From: Bacteroidia bacterium
Lineage (GTDB): Bacteria; Bacteroidota; Bacteroidia; SpSt-205
Direction of reading: 5' to 3'
Assembly (NCBI GenBank): GCA_025057135.1
Contig: JANWXY010000022.1
Coordinates: forward strand, 1 to 60,459
DNA length: 60,459 nucleotides
Part shown: piece by piece, positions 49,101-59,600 of the stretch
Layout: every line of letters begins with the position of its first letter
How positions within the stretch are numbered: the first letter of the stretch is position 1
Position numbers and translations under genes: made by a program
Notes under the pieces: generated by a model
The model's input: the letters and a program-made list of their open reading frames with translations, nothing else
What the model was told of the DNA's origin: nothing
Databases searched by the model: none

Positions 49101-50294
49101 ATGGGCGCTCTGATTTGGCGATATCTTTTCCGTAGCCCGCGTCCTATTATTCGCTGGCTGCTGCGACTCAGCTTAATAGGCTTGTCCCTTTCTGCGTGGG
49201 CATGGATCGTCGTCGCCTCTGTATTCAATGGATTTAGTGACTTTTTGGAGGAGGTTTTTCAACGGGCGGATCCTCAGGTGAGGCTAATAGGCCGAGGGCT
49301 GTCTGACTCGCTGCGTTCAGCGATTGAGAAATATCCAGAAGTCTTAGCCGCCTCTGGCATTTATGAGCGCATAGCCCTTCTACGATATGGTGGACGCCAG
49401 GCTGCTGTTCGCCTACGGCTCGTAGATGAAAAATATCCTCAGGTCAGCCATATAGGCTCACAACTCCTCTGGGGAGAAACCTTTCCTCTACGTCCCAAAG
49501 CCATACTAATGGGCGCAGGCATAGCCGCTCAGTTAGCCGTCGCAGACGCAGAAGAGATGCCTTTGTGGATATATGTCATTCCCTCGGGGAAAAAGATAGC
49601 TTTCGTAGGATTAGAAGGACTTCAGAAGCAGAAAGGGGTGATTCAAGGTATATTTAGCGTTCAGAAAGAGTACGACGAGTCTTGGGTTATCGCGCGGCAA
49701 GCCGACTGGACGAATCTCCGTTTGTCTGACTACGAAGTCATAGAGTTGAGATTGCGCCCCGGCTATAGCATAGAGCGTTTCATCAAACACCTCAAATCTG
49801 CCCTGCCTTCGCAGATTCATATTCAGGACCCTCGGCAGCAACATGAAGGATTATACAAAGTCCTATCTCAGGAAAAAGTCCTCGCTCGGATAGGATTGTT
49901 TTTTTTACTGATACTGACTCTGACAGGCGTTATTAGCACACTTTCGGCTTTTTTATTGCTCGGACGCAGGGACTGGGCTCTATATCAAGCCTTGGGGGCA
50001 TCTCAGAGTTGGGTAGAGCGTTTTCTACGGCACCTAAATCTTGCTTTGCTTGCCACAGCTATCAGTTCAGGACTGCTTTTAGGAACCGCCACGGTCATCC
50101 TTCAAGACCAATATCACCTTGTCAAGTTACGAGGGGGGGAAGGTTTTTTGATTGAACATTTTCCCGTCAAACTCGCTGTAGATGACTACTTGTGGATGAT
50201 AGGGCTCGTAGCTGGGGCATTCATGTTACTATCCGCCTATACTAAATATCAACTGCGTCAAATAGATTTGCGGTCATCTTTACAAGGAGACTGA
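49101..50294 (+). CDS. LolC/LolE-like ABC permease
   Basis: SVFNGF after TM1, periplasmic domain, three C-terminal TMs with ALGAS; rbfA-permease order as expected in Bacteroidota. Confidence 0.75.
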   Translation: MGALIWRYLFRSPRPIIRWLLRLSLIGLSLSAWAWIVVASVFNGFSDFLEEVFQRADPQVRLIGRGLSDSLRSAIEKYPEVLAASGIYERIALLRYGGRQAAVRLRLVDEKYPQVSHIGSQLLWGETFPLRPKAILMGAGIAAQLAVADAEEMPLWIYVIPSGKKIAFVGLEGLQKQKGVIQGIFSVQKEYDESWVIARQADWTNLRLSDYEVIELRLRPGYSIERFIKHLKSALPSQIHIQDPRQQHEGLYKVLSQEKVLARIGLFFLLILTLTGVISTLSAFLLLGRRDWALYQALGASQSWVERFLRHLNLALLATAISSGLLLGTATVILQDQYHLVKLRGGEGFLIEHFPVKLAVDDYLWMIGLVAGAFMLLSAYTKYQLRQIDLRSSLQGD

Positions 50295-50300
50295 AACGCC

Positions 50301-52604
50301 ATGCGGCAGTTATTTTTGCTGACTTGTATAGCCCTTATCTGGGCTCAGACACCTGATACCGTACGCAGGCCAAAGATAGGACTTGTACTATCTGGCGGCG
50401 GAGCAAGAGGTGCTGCGCATGTGGGAGTCATTCAAGCGCTTGAAGAGGCTGGAATACCCATAGACTATATCACTGGGACATCTATGGGCGCAATGGTGGG
50501 AGGATTTTATGCGGCAGGATACTCACCAGCTGAGATGCTTCTCCTGATGATGCGGGAAAATCGCCAGTGGCTCAGTCCTGGTCCATTTTTCCGAGAGTAT
50601 GCCTACTACTCCCCTGCCCGGTCGTATGACATTACGAGCTGGGAAATTCCGCTGGAGTTTTTATCTAAGGGGGATTTACCCTTACCAGAGCAGGTCGTAT
50701 CTGACTTTGAGATTAACCTTGGACTGAATGCTAAGCTGGCTGGAGTAAGCCTGGCGAGGAAGGGAAACTTTGATAGCCTGCTCGTACCCTACCGAGCCAT
50801 AGGAGCAGACCTCTACAGACGCCGCCCGGTTATCTTTCGCAGTGGGAGTTTGCCCTTAGCCGTGAGGGTTTCTATCTCAGTTCCGATATTTTTCTCACCG
50901 CTGACCACCCGAGAATACACTAATCTGGTAGATGGCGGTGTGTATGATAACTTCCCCGTAGAGCCTATGAAAAGGGAGTTTGCGCCTGACTACATTATCG
51001 GCGTACATGTGGGCTCTCCTCCGATGACCTTGGAAGAGTTTCGTCAAAAGGGATACTATTATCGTCTTTTTTCGCACTTAGCCGACCAGAGCTCTTGGCA
51101 GAAACTCCCCGAACGAAGCTTCTTCATCCAGCCGGACTTAGGTGAGATGAGCAGCACAGACTTTTCTACGGGCGCCCTATCCTTCGCTGTGCGACGCGGC
51201 TATGAAGCGACCTTAGCCTGCATAGAAGAGTTGAGAGAGCAGATCGGTCCCTGGCGAGCTGACTCGGCCGCATTAGCCCGGCACCGACAGCAGTTGCGTC
51301 AGTACAGAAACCGTCCGATTCCTATTAGCACTGTGAGTTTTCATCCAGCCCATCCTGCCCAGAAGTTTTTCTATCGGCAAGTGCTGGGCATAAAGCCAGG
51401 TGAGACTCTAACCATAGATAGGCTGCGGCGTCGCCTGTTCATGCTCAGGAGAGCCTCTTCATTTTACAGTCTTTTCCCAGAGTTTATCCCAGACTCTCAG
51501 TTTGCGAACAAGTCAAACCTCACTGTGCTGGTTCGCCCTCGTGGTGATGCATTTCTGAGGGTGGGGTTAGGGGTATTCTCTCCGTCTGGGTATGCTATTC
51601 AGGTGGGAGCTCGCATAGAGAAAGTCTGGTGGGCGGGATGGGAAGGAGAAGCTTTACTCACCCAAGGTTCCTTCGCTCAAGGCGTGGAGTTTCGGTTACG
51701 CATTCGTCCGCCTTTACCCTTAGACATCCGCTTATTCGGTGAGACCCAAATCAATCGGTTTATTTACCAGCAACTCGGCAGTTATTGGCTTCCACTTCCC
51801 AGACAAGCCGGTGTATTCACAAGTACAGACTTCTTCGGAACCGGCATTCAGTTTGCTATAAAGCGATTCGAAGCCCAGATTGGTGTAGGCCGTTATTCCA
51901 TATTAGATAGCTACAACGAATCTGGCGTAGAGACTGAGGTACGGTCACTGACAAACTATTTACGCCTACTCGTAGATACCGAAGATGATCGCCAATATCC
52001 CACCGCAGGCAGTAGAATTTATGCGGCTATTTACCTCAATCATGCCCTTGAAAAGCCCTATTTTGCTCAGGCACCGTACGCACAAGCCCAGCACTTTTGG
52101 CCTCAGGCTGTATTGCGCTACCGTCAGAGCTTGTCTGTCTTAAGAGCCTTTAGTATGGGCTTCCGAATAGAGGGAGGACTTTCGCTTCAGGTGCCTTATG
52201 CTGATTCGGTTGCTGCCATCTTAGCCTCCCCCAGCTTTTATCCTTTTCCAGAAAGTGCTACCCTGTACTTGCCCCAACTGTATCAAAGGGGCTTCGCCGC
52301 TCTGGGAGGACATCTAACCATTCGTCTCAGACAGAAGCTCTTTCTCAGAGCAGAGGGATATATTCATCAGGCATTTCTGAACATGGAGTTTCCGAGCATA
52401 GAACAGCCCCAGGGAAAGCTTATTCTTCCCACGACTCTGAAAGATATCCCCCCTATCCAGCGTTACCTCATGGCAGGTATTTTCTACCGAACATTCATAG
52501 GTCCTCTCGGAGCGTTTATTTCCTATTATGACAGACAGCCACAGCCCCTGAGGATATTTCTTCATCTTGGCTACACGAGATTTTTAGAGCGCCCATGGCA
52601 GTAA
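50301..52604 (+). CDS. Patatin-like phospholipase with C-terminal outer-membrane barrel (PlpD/type Vd-like)
   Basis: Signal peptide, LSGGGARG, GTSMG, DGG; C-terminal amphipathic beta strands (YRTFIGP...FLHLGY). Confidence 0.85.
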   Translation: MRQLFLLTCIALIWAQTPDTVRRPKIGLVLSGGGARGAAHVGVIQALEEAGIPIDYITGTSMGAMVGGFYAAGYSPAEMLLLMMRENRQWLSPGPFFREYAYYSPARSYDITSWEIPLEFLSKGDLPLPEQVVSDFEINLGLNAKLAGVSLARKGNFDSLLVPYRAIGADLYRRRPVIFRSGSLPLAVRVSISVPIFFSPLTTREYTNLVDGGVYDNFPVEPMKREFAPDYIIGVHVGSPPMTLEEFRQKGYYYRLFSHLADQSSWQKLPERSFFIQPDLGEMSSTDFSTGALSFAVRRGYEATLACIEELREQIGPWRADSAALARHRQQLRQYRNRPIPISTVSFHPAHPAQKFFYRQVLGIKPGETLTIDRLRRRLFMLRRASSFYSLFPEFIPDSQFANKSNLTVLVRPRGDAFLRVGLGVFSPSGYAIQVGARIEKVWWAGWEGEALLTQGSFAQGVEFRLRIRPPLPLDIRLFGETQINRFIYQQLGSYWLPLPRQAGVFTSTDFFGTGIQFAIKRFEAQIGVGRYSILDSYNESGVETEVRSLTNYLRLLVDTEDDRQYPTAGSRIYAAIYLNHALEKPYFAQAPYAQAQHFWPQAVLRYRQSLSVLRAFSMGFRIEGGLSLQVPYADSVAAILASPSFYPFPESATLYLPQLYQRGFAALGGHLTIRLRQKLFLRAEGYIHQAFLNMEFPSIEQPQGKLILPTTLKDIPPIQRYLMAGIFYRTFIGPLGAFISYYDRQPQPLRIFLHLGYTRFLERPWQ

Positions 52605-52626
52605 AAAATCATCTACCTTTGCGAAG

Positions 52627-53481
52627 ATGAAAGCCATATTGCACCTTACAGACTTCTCTGAAGTCGCTCAAAATGCGTATGCTTACGCAATAGCCCTGGC
52701 TAAAAAGTATGGCGCAGAGCTTCATATAGCCCATATATATGACCGCCCATATGCCAGTATTGCTTATCAAGGAGGGCTCTCTGCAATAGTCGATGCAGAG
52801 ATGGACTCAAAAATCCGCAGAGAGCTCATCAAACATTTAGAAAACTACGCTGCTTCCACTTCAACTGATGGCGTACGGGTCTTACTCCACCTTTGGGGAG
52901 ACCAAACAGTCTGGCGACCCGACCAATACATAGATAAGGCGCCTAATACTGGCTTAATCGTGATGGGCACTCGCGGCGCTACAAGCCTATGGCATGGTGG
53001 CCTCTTCGGAACGAATACAGCTCGGCTGATTCGGCACAGCCCTGTACCAGTACTCGCCATTCATCCGAAAAACTCGTATTCAGACTATCAGAAAGTTCTC
53101 CTACCAATAGACATTTTTGACGATTCCGCCATCTATCTCATCCAATCCGCAGTAGATTTCCTGCATCCATGGAAGGCAATGAAAGTCGTTCTGCTGGTGA
53201 TAAATACACCCTATGTCTTCTATGACACACCATCAATAGACAAGTTCTTGGCAGAGGTCAAAAATACTCTCCGGCACCCGAATATGGAACTTCGGGTATA
53301 TAACGACATCTCCGTAGAAGAAGGCCTGCGACAAGCCATGGAGGCTGAAAAAGCTGACTTACTCGTGATGGGAACTCACGCCCGCAAGGGGCTGGCCCAG
53401 CTTCTTTTTGGCAGCATAACCGAAAATGTGGCGCAACATTTACAATATCCCCTGCTGGTATTTCCTCCCAAGCAAAGCTAA
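52627..53481 (+). CDS. Universal stress protein (tandem USP domains)
   Basis: ILHLTDFS, LIVMGTRG...FGTNT, LLVMGTHARKG...FGSITE. Confidence 0.92.
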   Translation: MKAILHLTDFSEVAQNAYAYAIALAKKYGAELHIAHIYDRPYASIAYQGGLSAIVDAEMDSKIRRELIKHLENYAASTSTDGVRVLLHLWGDQTVWRPDQYIDKAPNTGLIVMGTRGATSLWHGGLFGTNTARLIRHSPVPVLAIHPKNSYSDYQKVLLPIDIFDDSAIYLIQSAVDFLHPWKAMKVVLLVINTPYVFYDTPSIDKFLAEVKNTLRHPNMELRVYNDISVEEGLRQAMEAEKADLLVMGTHARKGLAQLLFGSITENVAQHLQYPLLVFPPKQS

Positions 53482-53539
53482 CTGCAAGTTCCCATAGAGA
53501 AGCTATACAACCACGCCAAGCCGACCTTACCAAAGTAAG

Positions 53540-53562
53540 GGGGGGCATCTGAGATGCCCCCC
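53540..53562. terminator. Intrinsic terminator between convergent USP and giant T9SS genes
   Basis: Perfect inverted repeat GGGGGGCATC-TGA-GATGCCCCCC, followed by CTTACTTTG on the - strand. Confidence 0.7.
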
Positions 53563-53601
53563 GCTCAATTTTTGGAGTACCTCTATGTCTGTGCTCTACG
53601 G

Positions 53602-56600
53602 CTACGGGACGAGCTTAAGGAGCTTCATGGAAGTCTCCTCCCCATTTTTGACAAACTGGAGAGTATAAACCCCAGTTGCCCAGTGCCGAACATCTACCCG
53701 AACTTCATGAAATCCTGTGGGATAGACCTGAGGCGTGATGTATGAAACCAACGCGCCCTTCGCATCGTATATCCGAACCCCGACATACTTTTCGTCAAAC
53801 AGACTAAACTGAACCGTGAGAAGCTCGGAGACTGGATTCGGAAATGCTCTGATAAATTCCTGAACAACTGGATTCTCTGATGAGAACTTGACCTCTGCGA
53901 CATTACTATACACAATCTGTCCTCCCTGGTGCTCGCTCATTACACGATACAGATTGGCTGCCTCAAAGCTCGGGAAGCTGTCCAACCATGTGAAGCTCGT
54001 GGCGCCTTGGACATCATGTCTATAGATGGATACCCACCCCGTATCTACCCGTTTTTGAAGAACCGCATACTGGATGGGGACATTCGTTTGCCAGAAAAGA
54101 CGGGCATGAGCTTCAGGGGTTGGGTAAGCCGCTAACACGCTCTGAATAGCAGGTAGCGGTGAGCAGTTAATAACATTGACGCTTTGCTGGACCGTATCGG
54201 GACAAGCACCGGGCGCGCTCACGACCATGGTGATGGTCTTCGTACCTGGTGTGCTCCAAGTGCAGGATTGGGAGCTACCCGAGTTCCAAGTTGTACCATT
54301 ATCGCAGCTCCACTGGACATTTCCGCCAATCACAGGTGAGCTGGAATAGACCTGAAACTCGCCAAATGTGGGGGCATTTGCTGCCTGCACATCAAACTCT
54401 AAACGCCACAGCTGCGCAAAGATAACTTGAGTCTCTGTAAAGACACCGCTGTCGTATACATAGGTACTCGGTGCGAAGGAGAAAGTTTTAGCCAGCTTCC
54501 ATCCGGAGCCGTCATTGTAGTACAGACGAGCGCGTCGGGGAATGCGCTGAGATGCATTTACACAGGTCTGACACGCCCAAAATACGACTCTATTTACGCT
54601 GCGTGGAATAGGATAGCGCCACATAGCCCACTGAGTACCAGCGCCAGTATTATTTGCGGTCCATGCCGTGCCGTTTTGATACACCCCATCCCCAAGCTGG
54701 GCGAAGTTGGCTGTTTGAACCGAAGAGAAGGTGAGCTGGGTCATATTAGGAACCGACCCATGCGTACCGAAGCTGCTGATGAGAGTTCCAAAGCTGGGTT
54801 GGCTGGGACCAGATATTAGGGTTTGATTGGTGAAAGTGACAGGCTGCCCCGTACAATACGGGATGGGACTGATAGAAAACTGACCATTCAAGTGGGGCAG
54901 GGCAATAGCCGCTACTGGTACTCTCTCTGAGGCGCAGGAGTTCTCTACCCAATACACCTGCGACTGGGAGAGAGGGGAAATGACAAGCGTAGGTGTATTG
55001 GAAGCAATAGGAGTACCACCAGAGGAAGAGGTATACCAGTTAGAAGGAAGTCCCGCTTGGAGTGTCAAGGAGCTACCAGCACATACGGCGGTATCTTTTT
55101 CCTGAGCCAAAAAGTTAGTCGTATAAGCTGTCGCAGCTCCATCATACGGTCCGCCAACAATAGGAAGAGGACATCCACCGAGAAGTACTCGCGTCGCAGA
55201 CCCATCATATGGCCCCCCTGCGTAGCTAAGAGTAGGACAGCTCGCTAACAATACCCCACTCGCTGAACCATCATATGGACCTCCCGCATATGGCAGTTCA
55301 GGAGGAGGACAATTTATAATAGAAGCAACGGCGGAACCATCATAAGGCCCTCCAGTGTACTGCGTGATTGGCCAACATATAGCACCCACAAACGCCGTAG
55401 CAGAACCATCATACGGACCGCCGGCATAGCTAAGCGTAGGGCACGCAGCTACAACTACCATGGTTGCAGCCCCATCATAAGGCCCACCATTCACTGGAAA
55501 AGGACAATCACCACCAACAAATGCCGTAGCAGACCCATCATACGGCCCACCGGCATAGCTAAACGTAGGACATGCAGCCACAACTACCATCGTCGCAGCC
55601 CCATCATAAGGCCCACCTTCCACCGGCAAAGGACAAGCACCACCAACAAATGCCGTAGCAGACCCATCATACGGACCTCCAGTGTAACTCAGAGTGGGAC
55701 AACTCGCCACCAATACTTGAGTCGCTGAGCCATCATATGGACCGCCAGCCCTTGCGGGCCACACCACATCAAACTCTATACAGAATGTAGAGTCACACAG
55801 AGTGCCATTGACGACGGTAATACATACACGCTTTCGTCCGGGTATAGTATAACTCACAGGCGGAGGGGTGGCGCCTATGTAGTCTAACTGGGAAGCTCCA
55901 CATCCAGCAGTACCATTTGCGCAGAAGTTCCAGTAAATATTTGCCCCGGTTCCATTTACAGTGTCGGTATAGGTAGGAGTAAAGGTGATCGGCACACCGA
56001 GCGGGACAGGGGAAGTAGGACTCATAGCCACACTTACCCCAGGTGTAGGATAGATAATCAAATAGCGGCAGGCTGTATCTGATTGTGTGCCGTTACTCAC
56101 ACCTAAGCACACGAGGTATGTATCTGGCACCGCATACATGTGCTGAGGTTGGAAATGGGTAGAGGTATTCCCATCGCCAAAGAGCCAGTAGTATTGTACG
56201 CCCGGTCCGACTGAGGAGTAGTTTAGAAACTGGGTAGGCTGCCCAAAACAAGAGCCAACATAGTCAAAGTTCGCTCTTGGCTTTCCAGGATCTGGGGGAA
56301 TACAGGTCTGCAGAATAGGATTCGCTGTTACATTTACGGTGATATCCCCCGTCGCCCACTCTGGCATTACGATCTGTACCCAGAAACTCTTGAATGGCGG
56401 ACGGCATTTTAAGTGTAGCGTTACATATGTACCTTCGGCGACGCACTCCTCCTGATTCATCGTACTGCAGTCTCCCGTAAGTACCCGATATAGAACCTGA
56501 CTACCCAGAGCCGTAGTGTTTTCTATAATCTGCACATCAAAATCCATTGTGTCAGGCGTGAGGTTATTTACTAACACCCACGCAGACTTCTTACCCACTG

Positions 56601-59600
56601 GGGTGCCAAAGCATGCCATGATAGTGTCGGCTTCTCCAGCTCCCTCTCCAATAGTAAAGCAATTGATAAACAGATTGGCTGAATAAGGACCACCTGCAGC
56701 AGCCACAGGTATCATCACAGAGTCTTGACAAAAGTCCCCTGGATGTCTCTGGAGCCATATGCGAGGGATTACCAGCCCCAAATGATTACATCCTGTGAAC
56801 ATAATGTAGTACCGTCCCGGCCGAATACATCCTCGACCCCAGTAGCGGTAACCCAAGCTAGGATGGGTTTGCCACATGCCCGTCAGCGGGACCCGAACTA
56901 ACCCTGTGGACGAAGAGTCCCCAGGTACAGCTTGGTAGTAAAGCTGAATATCGTCAGGATTGTAGTTATACTGACTGACGCCAGGGCGGTCATAGTTTAG
57001 GAAGATGTAGCCAGTGATGGCTGACTCAAACGCGTACCAGATAGTATGATTCCCACAGGTATTCTGGTCCGTCGGGTCCTTGGTCGCACAGGCGAGATCG
57101 CCCTGACAGCCTGTGTAAGTACCTGATGTTAGAGGGAGCCAGGTATACGGAGCATCACACTGAGAAGTAGGATTTCCAGTGATTACGTTTGCTTGTGAGT
57201 AATGGTTATACTGAACAGACCAGCCGGGCAGAGGTTCATATCTAACCTCCACCTGGATTTGAAGATTAGGTTCTTTGCCACATGTATTACGCTCCACAAC
57301 TACGTAATACCTCGTAGGCGGCGGGGGGTTGCACACATCTCGTATGAATGACACTGCATTAGATTGAGAACAGCACCACCAGCCCTGAGAGCTTGTGACA
57401 AAAGAGAGGCCTTGCGCTATCGTGGAATCCACCGAACCAGGAAACGCCGAAGGGGGATCATTACTGCTATACACGGCAAAAGCTGGCTGAGCACCGCCAC
57501 TAGTCAAGTTGGTCACTCGGACGTGTACTCTTCCACTTCCCGCCACTACAAACGTAAACCAGAGATTTCGTCTTCTATCCACAGGTAGTACAGCAGGAGG
57601 AGCACTAGACGGGGTGGTGTTATCCACCGTACCTATGGGGCAGTTAGCTGCCGGATCACTACTGAAGGCATCCGTTGTACAAAATATAAAGTCTGTACTT
57701 GCAGGACGACCATAAGGACCGAGAGGATCAAGTGGATTACCGGCATACCACTGATCATTCAGAGGTATAGTACCAAAGTCATAGGCATTTCGTGCATAGT
57801 TGGAGCGGGAAAATCCCACAGAGTCCACATAAATCGTTGGAGTGTAAGTCCAACCGATACAGCCATCTCCTGCGAAGGTCACAAGAGTATAAGTACCAGG
57901 AGGCACCCAGCATATGTGCCCCGTACCCGTGAAACAATCGTGAATGATAGTATAAGGGGGCGTAATAGCAGTAATATCCCCTTGATACAAACGGGAAGAG
58001 CTATAACAGCCACTCTGATGGATAATGAGATAGCTTGGACGAGTGACAGAAAACACTCTATAGCTCACTCTATTCTGCCCCCCACCGCACGGGGTGATTC
58101 CTGCAGGAAAAGGCAGGTTATTAGCACAGCTCCAAAACTCCCAGTCCAGCGTATAGCTACGATGTTGATTGGGGGCATAGACATAATCTGGAACCCAGTC
58201 TAAATTTCCAGGGCGGTCAGCCGTAGTAAAAGTTCCAAACTTCTGCACCCTCGGGTCCCGTGAGATAGTAAACCAGATACGGTTGCCTATGGCTCCACCT
58301 CTCCCACTTGTGTAGGTAGGGTTACTGTAAGTGCCTCCGACCGCATACACTACGAAGGTATACCAGCCTGGCTGCATACATGCCGTATATCCTCCGTGGC
58401 AGTCCATGAAAAGAGAGGTAAGGGTATTATCACTTATTCTTCCGCGGAAAGTGCGCCAGCCTGTAACCCCAAGTTCGGGCCAGGCAACGTAGGCATATTG
58501 AGGAGAAAAAGTCACCAAGCTCGGCTCCGCGATATATACTTCCCAGTAAAACTGCTTCGTAGCTCCGCCACAAGGCGCATAGCCTAATATGGTCAAAGGA
58601 TTATTGTGACAGGTAACTCGGGTCCACGTCGCGGTCAAAGAGTGGGTAGTACCTCCTATGGTACCCACCTCTTCAACATTTGGACGAGGGTCAGGACTTC
58701 CGGGTAGACTTACAGGGGCGGTTGGCGTGTAAAATCGCCGCTCTCCGGGGGGGAATACATGAAAGCGAAACCATGGACGGTCTCTTTCTCCGATATCTGA
58801 ATTGTCTCCAAAGCTAACCAGTGTATAATAACCTGGGGTGACGCAAACCTTGACTGGATAATAAAGGTCTTGACAGCCCACTTGGTCAATCAAGTTCTGA
58901 ATATATCCTCCCACTATGGGTTCTATGCGAGCATCACCCCTGTAAAGCCTATATTGAAACCGCCACCAGTTCCCCCCGCCTATCTCTAAAATTCCTTCTT
59001 GGTCTATTCTGATAATCCGATAAATAGCACGATTATTTCCAGCACCACAAACGCTTCCCGCCGGTAAAACTGTGGTCCTACAATCCAAGGTATCCCAGGT
59101 AGCGTAATAAGTTACTCCGGGGGTCAGAGGGGCGCCATTATTGATAGAGTCAGCCTCCTGCGGGCGATTATGTAAGCCAAAAAGCTGCTGGGGAGTGGAA
59201 CCGAGCTGTACGCGAAAGTTAACAGGTAGTCCCAGAGCAGTATAAGGAGCCCAACATGTCCGCCATAAAGCTGAACGATTAATCCGAGCAAGCACCTGTA
59301 CAGTATAAGTCCCTGCTGTCAAGCAGTTTATCCAGCCATCATTATCAACTGTGGCGCGCAGAGTGAGATTACACCCATTTACGGCAGGTGTGCCCTCAAA
59401 TATCCTAAAACGCACCGTACCCATGCAGTACCACCACCACCACGGATGGGAATACCAGAAGCGCACATGCGCCGCACCAGTCAGTGTGAAAGTATAATAT
59501 AGAGCCAAATCAAAATCTCCTATGGTATCATCAGGAGTCACTGCGCTACCGAAGGCGCTGCAGGGATTATTGGCAATACGACTTTGGCATCCCCAGAAAT

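Noticed and set aside
55129-55752. Regularly spaced DNA repeats (CCATCATA core, ~63-69 nt period) as a possible CRISPR array
   Set aside because: The repeats vary at synonymous positions, keep frame inside a CDS, have spacers related to each other, and no cas genes are present.
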